64,000 nucleotides of DNA. Source: an uncultured virus (IMG/VR IMGVR_UViG_3300042455_001744). Lineage: Duplodnaviria; Heunggongvirae; Uroviricota; Caudoviricetes. Below, one piece after another: positions 1-8,219 of the stretch. How positions within the stretch are numbered: position 1 is the stretch's first letter; the number at the start of each line of letters is the position of its first letter. A program made the position numbers and the translations under genes. The stretch lies in the IMG/VR virus record IMGVR_UViG_3300042455_001744; one strand, written 5' to 3'. The notes beneath the pieces are model-generated. The model was not told the origin of the DNA. It saw nothing but the letters and a program-made list of their open reading frames with translations, and made no database searches.

Positions 1-443
1 TTACTTTCTATTTCACGTTTCGCTTTATGTAACTCTTGAACTACGTTAACAGGTAGTCTAATTGTTCTTGCGTTATCGTTTAATGATTGTAAGATTGATT
101 GTCTAACCCACCAAACTGCGTATGAGATAAATCTCAAATTTTTAGACCAATCAAAATTTCTGAACGCTTTAAGTAAACCTAAATTACCTTCATTAATCAA
201 ATCAGCCAGCGATAAACCCTGATTTTGATATTGTTTCGCCACTGTAATTACAAAACGTAAATTACCTAACACAACCTCAGTCTCGATTTTATTAATCTCA
301 CGCTCAGTTAAATTACCTTGAGACACCATTTCAGATAATTGTCTCTCCCTTTCAGGTGTCATTACCTTAATTTTACGAATGTCTTTCAAGTAAAGTTGAA
401 TCTCATCTTGATTAATCGGAATTGCTGAACCTTTTTCTTTCAT
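1..443 (-). CDS. rpoD: RNA polymerase sigma-70 factor, RpoD/SigA-like (3' end outside window)
   Basis: Not in ORF track; my translation from ATG 443: MKEKGSAIPINQDEIQLYLKDIRK...NLRFVITVAKQYQNQGLSLADLINEGNLGLLKA...FISYAVWWVRQSILQSL...RTIRLPVN = sigma regions 1.2 and 2.1-2.4; VAKQYQNQGLSL is typical of Bacteroidota primary sigma. Confidence 0.93.
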   Translation of the reverse strand, partial: MKEKGSAIPINQDEIQLYLKDIRKIKVMTPERERQLSEMVSQGNLTEREINKIETEVVLGNLRFVITVAKQYQNQGLSLADLINEGNLGLLKAFRNFDWSKNLRFISYAVWWVRQSILQSLNDNARTIRLPVNVVQELHKAKREIES

Positions 444-445
444 AT

Positions 446-1054
446 CTATTTTTTAACTTGGTTTGAATATTTTTTTAACAAATCTAACTCTTTTTTTGTT
501 AATGACGACATACCATCACTATTTATTTTATCTAAAATAACATTGAACTGATTCTCAGACACGTAGTCATCTACTTTAGTTGTTTTTGTTCGTTTGATTA
601 ATTTTGATATATCGTCATCCTCATCATCCTCATCAGAAAACACATTCATAAATTTTTCAAACATATCTTCATCCAACTTTTTTAAATCAGAATCTATTTT
701 AGACCATTTTACATCCAAATCTTGGTCCATTTTATCAATATCTGACATTTTGTCAGAGAATAAATGGTCTGAAATATCTTTAGGTAACCCAAAAGACATA
801 TTGTCAGAATGATATGGTAACAAAAAGTAAGATATCTCACCCTCACTTAATATAATATCCACATATTCAGCAACACTTTTCAAATCATCCAAAGTACCGA
901 AAGTGAACACACAAGCATCAGGACCGTAGTAATACCTAATGTTCTTTGATTTAGTAATCACCGCAATTTCTTCAGCAATTTCAGTTACAAAGTTATCTTG
1001 GTTTTTACTTTTTGCAAAAACAAAAAGAATATAGTTAAAAGTTTTATTTTTCAT
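446..1054 (-). CDS. Hypothetical protein with acidic linker and C-terminal DUF6576-like helical motif
   Basis: 202 aa; C-terminus FNVILDKINSDGMSSLTKKELDLLKKYS fits ILDKIxxxGxxSLTxxE. Confidence 0.6.
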   Translation of the reverse strand: MKNKTFNYILFVFAKSKNQDNFVTEIAEEIAVITKSKNIRYYYGPDACVFTFGTLDDLKSVAEYVDIILSEGEISYFLLPYHSDNMSFGLPKDISDHLFSDKMSDIDKMDQDLDVKWSKIDSDLKKLDEDMFEKFMNVFSDEDDEDDDISKLIKRTKTTKVDDYVSENQFNVILDKINSDGMSSLTKKELDLLKKYSNQVKK

Positions 1055-1071
1055 AACGTTTTTAGTTTAAA

Positions 1072-1102
1072 CAAAGATACTACTAAAATTCAAAACACCA
1101 AA
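1072..1102 (-). promoter_or_regulatory. Bacteroidota-type housekeeping promoter (-33 TTTG / -7 TAnnTTTG)
   Basis: Minus strand TTTG (1102-1099), 19-nt spacer, TATCTTTG (1079-1072), 17 nt before ATG 1054. Confidence 0.7.
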
Positions 1103-3433
1103 TTATTGGGTAACATAACTAATGTTTTCTTCTTTTCTTACTTTAATTACACTGTCAGCCCAATTTGTAACCATAGGGTTGTGTGTTATTACAAATATTT
1201 TTTCAAAATATTCTTTAATTTTAGTAAAGAACTCTGAAACCATATCTAAATTGTCATTTGATATTTTACCAAACACCTCATCAAATACAATGATGTTAGG
1301 TTTAGGTAAAGAACAAATCTTACTTAACACAGACCTTAAAGCTAATGACGCAATAGTTCTTTCATACCCCGAACCTGACGCAATATTCTTCTCAACCTGA
1401 GTGTTGTTATCAACCATAACAAAATCAACCTCGTTTTTATCATTAATACGAACTTCAAGTCTGAAATGAGAACTGTCCTCCAACAATCTTTGTAACTCCG
1501 AATTGATTAACGGTATCATAGTTTTCATAATTAACTTACTAATACCATTCTTACCGAAAATCTCTAAGTATATTTTATACACTTTTTCTTTTTCAGACTC
1601 TTCATTAATTTGTTGAATCTTTTTTAAGTTACCTTCAATGTTATCCTGATTAGTTTCAATTTGATATTTGGCATTATCCATTTGTCTAATCACACCATTC
1701 TTCTCATTGTCTAATTCAGTTAATCGTTGGTTAGCCTTTAATAGTTGAGTTTCAATTTTCTCATTATCATTAATCTTACTCTGTAATTCAAAATACTTAG
1801 TTAACTTGTCTTTCAAGTTTTTAATCTTCATATCCAAAGATTCAATAGTTAACTCATATTTTTCTTTGATTAACTTATTTTTCTCATACTCATCAAACTC
1901 TTTTTTAAGTTTAATAAAACCTTGTTCTTTGCCGGTTAAATCCCGCATTAACCCCGAAATTTCGTCTTTATGCGTGTTTAACCCTGCAAGTTCATTGATT
2001 TTTGCCTGAGTAATCGAAGCATTCATTAAATCAATTCCACAGTGTTCACAAATGATACCACCACTCACCGATGCCTGTAATTTTTGAATTGATTTTATTT
2101 CAGTTTCAACTCTAACAAACTCTTTATATTGAATGTCGTATTCTTTTTTAACCTCATCGTGTTTGTCTTCGTGGTAAAATTCAGTAGGTTCAACAACGTT
2201 TAATTCCTTTAGTAATTTACGATTGTCATCAATTTGTTTCTCATAACCCTTAACTTCATTCTCAATTTTTTCAGGTGATAATTGACTAATCTCTCGGTCA
2301 ATATCCATATGTTTCTTGCTCGTTAAATCATCACGAAATTGTTGACCTCTGATAATTCTATCCTGAACATCTGTTAACTGTTTGTTTAACTGAATACCAC
2401 TTTCTTTCAACCCATCAATTGTTGATTTATAAGTTTCGATGTCAGTTTTTAATTTTTCAGAACTATATATGTTCGAAATCATTGATTTTGAAAACTTGGA
2501 ATACAAATCCTTACCGGCTTCCTCTTTTCGTTTTAAGAAATCAAGTCCCATAAAACGAGATAACACTTGACCTCTGGCAGTTGGTTTAGAATCAATTAAC
2601 TCTTCTAAGTTTGTTGCGGTAGTTAAGATTGTCATTAAGAAATCTTCTTTTGTTCCGATAGAATTCTTAATGAACGCTTCAGTCTCACGTCGTTGTTCAC
2701 CCGTGAAATTCTGTAAACTACCATCAGCTAACTTCTTAAAGAAATCTAACTCAGTCTTAACCGTCCAATCACCACTCTTGGATAACTTACGAGTAATGTT
2801 TCTCTCAATAATATAATCATCCCCATCAATAACAATTTCACCCTTAACTGATACCTTATTCTTATCTGTAAATCTATTGAAGATTTCTTCTGCCTTAGTA
2901 GTTTTAGTTGTTTCGTTAAAGAATAAAAAGAATAGTAAGTCAACACTTAATACCGTTTTACCTCCAAAGTTAGGGGGATTAGATTCGATTACTGAGATAC
3001 CATTACATTTATCAAAATCTAACCTTTGGTTCTCACCATAAGATAAGAAGTTTGAGAACTCGATGTTTTTAATAAACCATTTTTTAAATGGTGTTACCTC
3101 TGTTTGATTTAGAATTAATTCACTATCAACCTGTCTGTCCAATTCTAAAATCCTATCGGAATACTCTTGATTAGATTTTGATGATAAGAAAGATTCAACT
3201 AATGTTAATTGATAATTTTTGTCTAAGATATTAAAAGAGATATCAACATTATGATTTGTTGCTTCACTAACTTTTGTTTTAGTGATAACATTAATATTGT
3301 TTGAGTTATATTTCTTTTGGAAATAATGTTTAACACTTTTAATTTTTTCCTGTGTAAAGTTTTCAGCAAAATCCTCCCATACTACTTGTATGTAGGGGTT
3401 TTCAACATTAGTTAAATCAACTTTATTACTCAT
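1103..3433 (-). CDS. Rad50/SbcC/T4 gp46-like ABC ATPase with about 115-aa N-terminal extension
   Basis: IEFSNFLSYG, variant Walker A NPPNFGGKT, coiled coils, zinc hook CEHC, signature SGSGYE, Walker B IIVFDE, H-loop ITHN. Confidence 0.92.
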   Translation of the reverse strand: MSNKVDLTNVENPYIQVVWEDFAENFTQEKIKSVKHYFQKKYNSNNINVITKTKVSEATNHNVDISFNILDKNYQLTLVESFLSSKSNQEYSDRILELDRQVDSELILNQTEVTPFKKWFIKNIEFSNFLSYGENQRLDFDKCNGISVIESNPPNFGGKTVLSVDLLFFLFFNETTKTTKAEEIFNRFTDKNKVSVKGEIVIDGDDYIIERNITRKLSKSGDWTVKTELDFFKKLADGSLQNFTGEQRRETEAFIKNSIGTKEDFLMTILTTATNLEELIDSKPTARGQVLSRFMGLDFLKRKEEAGKDLYSKFSKSMISNIYSSEKLKTDIETYKSTIDGLKESGIQLNKQLTDVQDRIIRGQQFRDDLTSKKHMDIDREISQLSPEKIENEVKGYEKQIDDNRKLLKELNVVEPTEFYHEDKHDEVKKEYDIQYKEFVRVETEIKSIQKLQASVSGGIICEHCGIDLMNASITQAKINELAGLNTHKDEISGLMRDLTGKEQGFIKLKKEFDEYEKNKLIKEKYELTIESLDMKIKNLKDKLTKYFELQSKINDNEKIETQLLKANQRLTELDNEKNGVIRQMDNAKYQIETNQDNIEGNLKKIQQINEESEKEKVYKIYLEIFGKNGISKLIMKTMIPLINSELQRLLEDSSHFRLEVRINDKNEVDFVMVDNNTQVEKNIASGSGYERTIASLALRSVLSKICSLPKPNIIVFDEVFGKISNDNLDMVSEFFTKIKEYFEKIFVITHNPMVTNWADSVIKVRKEENISYVTQ

Positions 3434-3681
3434 TATTTACCAGATTCTTCAGTTTGTGTTGTTTCTTCAATAATAGCATCAACAACTTCTTCAGCAATTG
3501 AGTCTGTGAATTCAGTAACTTTTTCGTCAGATATCTCAGCGTTAGCCAATTTCTCTTTTAATTCGTCAACTGAAAATTGCATAGCTTCACGATATAATTT
3601 ATTCATTAAATTTTTCTCGTGTTGAATACGTGCGTTGCGTTTTTCAACTTTTCTTCTGTGTTCTTTAGTTTTTTTTCCCAT
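3433..3681 (-). CDS. Hypothetical protein (basic N-terminus, acidic C-terminus)
   Basis: 82 aa; stop overlaps the next start; promoter upstream. Confidence 0.7.
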   Translation of the reverse strand: MGKKTKEHRRKVEKRNARIQHEKNLMNKLYREAMQFSVDELKEKLANAEISDEKVTEFTDSIAEEVVDAIIEETTQTEESGK

Positions 3682-3707
3682 TTTATTTAATAATTAAGAT
3701 TTGATTA

Positions 3708-3737
3708 AACATATACATTTTAAATTTTATTGTCAAA
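3708..3737 (-). promoter_or_regulatory. Sigma70-like promoter TTGACA-N17-TATGTT
   Basis: Minus strand TTTGACAATAAAATTTAAAATGTATATGTTTA, intergenic; shares TTTGACAATAnAAT with the promoter at 50887-50916. Confidence 0.6.
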
Positions 3738-4082
3738 CTATTTGGCCGGTCTATTTTCCTCAAACCATTCAACAATCGAATTAATTGCCCATACACACCC
3801 TGATGCAAATAACCCATCAAAAAACCAAGAGACGTGATTATCACATCCTAAAAATATCTTATTAGGTGAGTATAAAACTAATCCGAAGAAAAATCCAACC
3901 CAAGTACTTGTACACATCATACAAGATAACAAGTCAGAAAAAAACTTCCCAACAAACTGAAACGGAGTATAAGGATTTTCACCCCAATTATGTAACCCAT
4001 TTCTTAACCATCCAAAAATTGACCCATAAACTAGTATATTACTCATACCGTAAGCCATTAATACCCAAATAAAAATTTCCAT
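3738..4082 (-). CDS. DUF1360-like small membrane protein with CxxC
   Basis: Three hydrophobic segments; LLSCMMCTSTWVG motif; start moved to ATG 4082, just after the upstream stop. Confidence 0.6.
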   Translation of the reverse strand: MEIFIWVLMAYGMSNILVYGSIFGWLRNGLHNWGENPYTPFQFVGKFFSDLLSCMMCTSTWVGFFFGLVLYSPNKIFLGCDNHVSWFFDGLFASGCVWAINSIVEWFEENRPAK

Positions 4083-4083
4083 A

Positions 4084-4791
4084 TTATATTCTTTCATTTA
4101 AATTAGAACCTCTCAAATAAACTGCATTAGTCGGATTTAATTGTGATTCCAAAAGTTTATTTTTTTGAATTAACTCATCAATTGTTTGATTTTTTTGAGA
4201 TAATTCTTTTCTTAAATTTTGTAATGTCATTTCTAACATCTTTTGTTTTGAATTGTCAGTAGTTACCTCTTTAACCACCTCAACCTCCTTGATAACCTCA
4301 ACTTCTTTAATAATTTCAACAGGTGGTTTGTCTAAAACCTCGTCTAAATTACGTCTAAGTTCGTCTAAACTTTCATCTTTTTTAGACATTTCAGTTTCCA
4401 ACTGTTGTATTTTTAACAACAGTTCATTTTCAGATTCTTTGTCACTAATATACTCTATTTTTGTGACGATTTTTTCGGTAGGAACTTCTCTAACAACTTC
4501 CTTAATAACTTCTCTATCCACATATTCAATTACTTTAACTTCAACGGGAATTTCAACTATTTTTTCAACTTCCTTAATTACCTCAACCGGTATTTCTACA
4601 CGTTTTTCAACAATTACCTCAGTTATTAAGTCTTTTTCACCTTCATTAAGTGAATTTCCCAAAAATCCGTACTTCTTAATATCAAAACCTTGTTTGAAAC
4701 ATTGTGTAACAAACATTGAGACATCCTCAATATTGTTTATTTTACAATACTGTATGATGTCATATTCGTATTTAGGATTTACATTAAGCAT
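4084..4791 (-). CDS. Hypothetical protein with V/I-E-K-P-rich repeats and coiled coils
   Basis: EVIVEKRVEIPVEVIKEVEKIVEIPVEVKVIEYVDREVIKEVVREVP; later PVEIIKEVEVIKEVEVVKEV. Confidence 0.75.
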   Translation of the reverse strand: MLNVNPKYEYDIIQYCKINNIEDVSMFVTQCFKQGFDIKKYGFLGNSLNEGEKDLITEVIVEKRVEIPVEVIKEVEKIVEIPVEVKVIEYVDREVIKEVVREVPTEKIVTKIEYISDKESENELLLKIQQLETEMSKKDESLDELRRNLDEVLDKPPVEIIKEVEVIKEVEVVKEVTTDNSKQKMLEMTLQNLRKELSQKNQTIDELIQKNKLLESQLNPTNAVYLRGSNLNERI

Positions 4792-5563
4792 TTGCTAAAT
4801 ATTCTTTTTCGTTTTCAATATCTTCATATGATGACAACTTAAACGATAAGAAAGGTCTTGGATTATGTAAATCAACAAACTCATAGTTATCGTTTTGAAT
4901 ATCATAAATTCCGAACCCGTGTTTATTAATTGTTTCACCGTAGTTTTGTTGGATTGTTGAACCAATCATATACGCTTTCTTACCACCAGGTATGTTGAAG
5001 ATTTGTCGTTTATGGATATCTCCACATAATACTAAATCACAACCCGCAAACTTATCAGTTTCAAATCCTGACTCGAACTTATAACCAATATCAGTAGTTA
5101 AACCCTGAACAGGTCCGTGAAACAAACCAATCTTAACCCTATCTGATTTACTGATATCAGGTGGAATATTGTGGTCCATTAATGAATATACAACCCAATC
5201 AATATTCTCATCAGTATACTCACCTCTATCTTTGTAATAAACAATATTCTCATTGTTTAATGAATCAATAATTGGGGTTAAAGCGTCCAATCTTGACATA
5301 TTGTTTTCCAAGAAATCGTGGTTACCAATAATAAGAACCGTTTTAGCAATCTTGGAACATTCAGTTAAAACCCAAGACACCATTTCAATAAGTTCAGGTG
5401 TCATCTGATTTTTAGAATGAACTAAGTCACCGGTAAACACAATCCTGTCAGGTTTTATTTCACTAAATTTAGATAACATATCCGTAACAATATCACGATA
5501 TAAATCGTGGTCTTTAAATAATCTGATATGTAAATCAGAAAAATGAACTAGTTTATTTACCAT
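4784..5563 (-). CDS. Mre11/SbcD/T4 gp47-like metallophosphoesterase nuclease
   Basis: Motifs SDLH, GDLVH, GNHD, LFHG, GDIH, GS in the expected order. Confidence 0.88.
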   Translation of the reverse strand: MVNKLVHFSDLHIRLFKDHDLYRDIVTDMLSKFSEIKPDRIVFTGDLVHSKNQMTPELIEMVSWVLTECSKIAKTVLIIGNHDFLENNMSRLDALTPIIDSLNNENIVYYKDRGEYTDENIDWVVYSLMDHNIPPDISKSDRVKIGLFHGPVQGLTTDIGYKFESGFETDKFAGCDLVLCGDIHKRQIFNIPGGKKAYMIGSTIQQNYGETINKHGFGIYDIQNDNYEFVDLHNPRPFLSFKLSSYEDIENEKEYLANA

Positions 5564-6500
5564 ATTTTGATTCTTTAATCATTTTTTTTACTTTACTATC
5601 GTGTTTCTCAATTTTAGAAATTCTATCCTCAACATCTTTATTTTTTGACAATATATCCCGTAATCTATTATTATCAAAAGGTTTTGGAACATCATTTTTT
5701 TCTAAAAATTCATCAATCATCTTTTCAGTAATTTTAGCCGGGTCAACACCAACCTCTGAAATGAACTTTTCTTTTAAATGTGGTGGGATTACTCTTTTCT
5801 TAATTTCCAATTTAATTTCACCAGGTTTAACCACATTTTGTTCTAAATAATAAACCGTATAACCAACATCATCAGGTTTATTAGCGGTTAAATCAACATC
5901 GTAATGATTTGTAACAACTTCAGACCCATCATATTTATCAACTACCTCAAATAACCCTCTAACCAAAACATGTCTCGTACCTTTAGTTTTATATTCTTCA
6001 GGATTATCCAAAACATCATCCAATAATTTATGGATAACTTGTCTTTGTTCTTTCTCGGTGTCTAAACCGAGAATATCTTGAGTTATTTCAGGTGACCAAG
6101 TTAATAAAATATGTTTTCTTGGTTCAAATGTTAATGGGTCATACATTGTCGGACCCATAGCCGCACCATGCTTAACAGGTTTAATTAATTGACTTGGGTC
6201 ATACATTTCAGGAGTTAAAGATAATGATAATAAATAACATCTACCCTTAAATTCCATTAAATCGGATAATTTAATAGTTTCAGTCGTATAAATCTTATCT
6301 TTTTTACCCTTAACTAACGGCATAGTTAAAATATCTAACGAATCACATTTATCAAATTCATCACATTCTTTAATGATGTTTTTATACTTATCCAATTCTA
6401 CACCATAAAGACAAGTTTCATCAACAAATGATGAATTAATTAAATTTAGGGTGTTCTTTTTACTTAATACCGCAACTTCTAAAAATTCTTTTAATTTCAT
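5553..6500 (-). CDS. Hypothetical protein
   Basis: 315 aa, operon-packed; short internal repeat TPEMYDP/GPTMYDP. Confidence 0.75.
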   Translation of the reverse strand: MKLKEFLEVAVLSKKNTLNLINSSFVDETCLYGVELDKYKNIIKECDEFDKCDSLDILTMPLVKGKKDKIYTTETIKLSDLMEFKGRCYLLSLSLTPEMYDPSQLIKPVKHGAAMGPTMYDPLTFEPRKHILLTWSPEITQDILGLDTEKEQRQVIHKLLDDVLDNPEEYKTKGTRHVLVRGLFEVVDKYDGSEVVTNHYDVDLTANKPDDVGYTVYYLEQNVVKPGEIKLEIKKRVIPPHLKEKFISEVGVDPAKITEKMIDEFLEKNDVPKPFDNNRLRDILSKNKDVEDRISKIEKHDSKVKKMIKESKYGK

Positions 6501-6501
6501 A

Positions 6502-6741
6502 TTACATAACTATTTTTGGGGGATAACCTAAATCATCGTTAACCCCACCAATAATTGGGTTTATAGGATTAAATGGGTTTGACGATTTATGTCCTTTATA
6601 TTTATCAATGTCAAAGTCTAACTCACCTTTAACACCTTTCATTTTTTCTTTAATCACATCAATATCAGACTCTTTAACTACCGTCCAACTTCTATTAGTT
6701 AGAAATCCGTCCAACCAAATATAAAATTCTTTGTGTGTCAT
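6502..6741 (-). CDS. Hypothetical protein
   Basis: 79 aa, abuts both neighbours. Confidence 0.7.
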   Translation of the reverse strand: MTHKEFYIWLDGFLTNRSWTVVKESDIDVIKEKMKGVKGELDFDIDKYKGHKSSNPFNPINPIIGGVNDDLGYPPKIVM

Positions 6742-6977
6742 TACTGAATTAGATTTGTTTTATTGTCCTCATCAAATAAGGCGAAATCAGAATTTACGTG
6801 TCCACAATCATCACATTTATAAGTTGGGAATGGTACTAACGTATCTTCTTTACTACCCGTCATTAATGCCGGAACTTTTTTAATTAATACGACTTCCTTG
6901 AAGTACATACTACCACACTTTTCACAAACAACAGTTGGTTGTTTTTTCAAGTCAATTCTTGGTTGATTTAATTCCAT
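6741..6977 (-). CDS. Small zinc-ribbon protein
   Basis: CEKC...CDDC pairs in 78 aa. Confidence 0.75.
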   Translation of the reverse strand: MELNQPRIDLKKQPTVVCEKCGSMYFKEVVLIKKVPALMTGSKEDTLVPFPTYKCDDCGHVNSDFALFDEDNKTNLIQ

Positions 6978-6978
6978 A

Positions 6979-7236
6979 TTAATCTTCTTTTAGTAAGTGT
7001 ATTGTTAACTCCTCATTCATAAATTTATCTTTAATTATGTCTCTATTAAATTCAAACTCAGACGCTAAAGAATCCTCACTCCCATCTTTAATTGAAAAAT
7101 CCCACTTATTTTCATCCAAATAAGCAACCGCCTCCTCGTCAGTCATTCCTTCTAACTCAGGATAATCTTCTTTGTTAATCTCAATGGTGTCGTATACTTC
7201 ATACACCGAATAACTTTTACTCATTCTAATTTTCAT
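6979..7236 (-). CDS. Small acidic hypothetical protein
   Basis: Probable start ATG 7236 (MKIRMSK), ATGA overlap with the upstream small ORF. Confidence 0.65.
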   Translation of the reverse strand: MKIRMSKSYSVYEVYDTIEINKEDYPELEGMTDEEAVAYLDENKWDFSIKDGSEDSLASEFEFNRDIIKDKFMNEELTIHLLKED

Positions 7237-7328
7237 TTTATTATATATTTGACGTTTATTTTTCCTAAACCAACAGTGTCCCAAGTTGTTGTATAATACC
7301 ACACAGGACTAATTATTACATTATTCAT
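7233..7328 (-). CDS. 31-aa small ORF (MNNVIISPVWYYTTTWDTVGLGKINVKYIIK)
   Basis: Read by hand; fills the intergenic gap and its TGA overlaps the next ATG. Confidence 0.5.
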   Translation of the reverse strand: MNNVIISPVWYYTTTWDTVGLGKINVKYIIK

Positions 7329-7341
7329 ATCTAAATATAAT

Positions 7342-8208
7342 TTATTTTCTTAACTTACTCAAGTATGGTTGTATATCCATATTTAAAATTGTTGATTGAA
7401 CTTCTCTCGGAATCCTAAACTCTTCGTATTCACCATCTTCTTTAATTAAAACAATGATACATCCATACAGTTTAATATTCTCATACTTTGTCCCTTCTAA
7501 CATTTTCAAAATCAATTTACCATAGAATGGTAATTGTGTGAAATAGTGTCCTAACGCATTATTTGGTTGTGCTTGGAATGGATATTTCATTGGTTTTGTG
7601 AAATAACTAACCTCAAAATTCTTAGGTTTGTTAGTCTTCCAATCGGTAATAACCAAACCAAACTCAGTTTGTTCTTTATTCATTATTATCCACACTTTAT
7701 CGGGTTGACCGGTATAACCTAAGTCAGGGTCCCCCAACACAATCTCAGTATCTAATAATACCGCACCCCTTTCAATCATAATATTTAAAAAGTCTTTACC
7801 TGCGGTTATCATACTATCACTCTTCAATATCTGTTCAAAGTCACATTCGAATATTGGTTGTCGAACATCTTTGTAATCTCCAAATAATTTAATAGTTTCC
7901 TGTTCCAAAAAATAGTGAGTTCTTGACCCCATATTTGTTGAGTACGTACCAGCATCCGCCCATTCTTTCAATAGTCGAGCCTTTTCAACCGGGTCACCTT
8001 GTGCTTTTTTCTCAGCAATTTCATCGGCAGGAAATTCATCATAAAATATTTTCATTACCTTTGATACTGATGGCCAATCACTACGAGAAAACCCCAACCC
8101 ATCAGTCATTGTGTACTTATGAGTTTCTTCCTCAAATGTTAACCCAATCGAACTCCTCTTAACTTCTAAGATATCTCTAATATCTTTAGCAATCTCTTTT
8201 AAATCCAT
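7342..8208 (-). CDS. PD-(D/E)XK exonuclease (RecB/lambda-exo-like)
   Basis: PSVS, GSRTH, GQPDKV, ITDWKTNK, YFTQLPFY motifs. Confidence 0.82.
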   Translation of the reverse strand: MDLKEIAKDIRDILEVKRSSIGLTFEEETHKYTMTDGLGFSRSDWPSVSKVMKIFYDEFPADEIAEKKAQGDPVEKARLLKEWADAGTYSTNMGSRTHYFLEQETIKLFGDYKDVRQPIFECDFEQILKSDSMITAGKDFLNIMIERGAVLLDTEIVLGDPDLGYTGQPDKVWIIMNKEQTEFGLVITDWKTNKPKNFEVSYFTKPMKYPFQAQPNNALGHYFTQLPFYGKLILKMLEGTKYENIKLYGCIIVLIKEDGEYEEFRIPREVQSTILNMDIQPYLSKLRK

Positions 8209-8219
8209 TCATATTTTAA

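Noticed and set aside
594..4798. Short plus-strand ORFs over the minus-strand genes (594..812, 1122..1400, 4253..4798 and similar elsewhere)
   Set aside because: Antisense shadows of well-supported genes, with Ser/Phe/Ile-biased composition
7342..8208. Cas4 call
   Set aside because: Lacks the four-Cys Fe-S motif; no cas genes or array in the window
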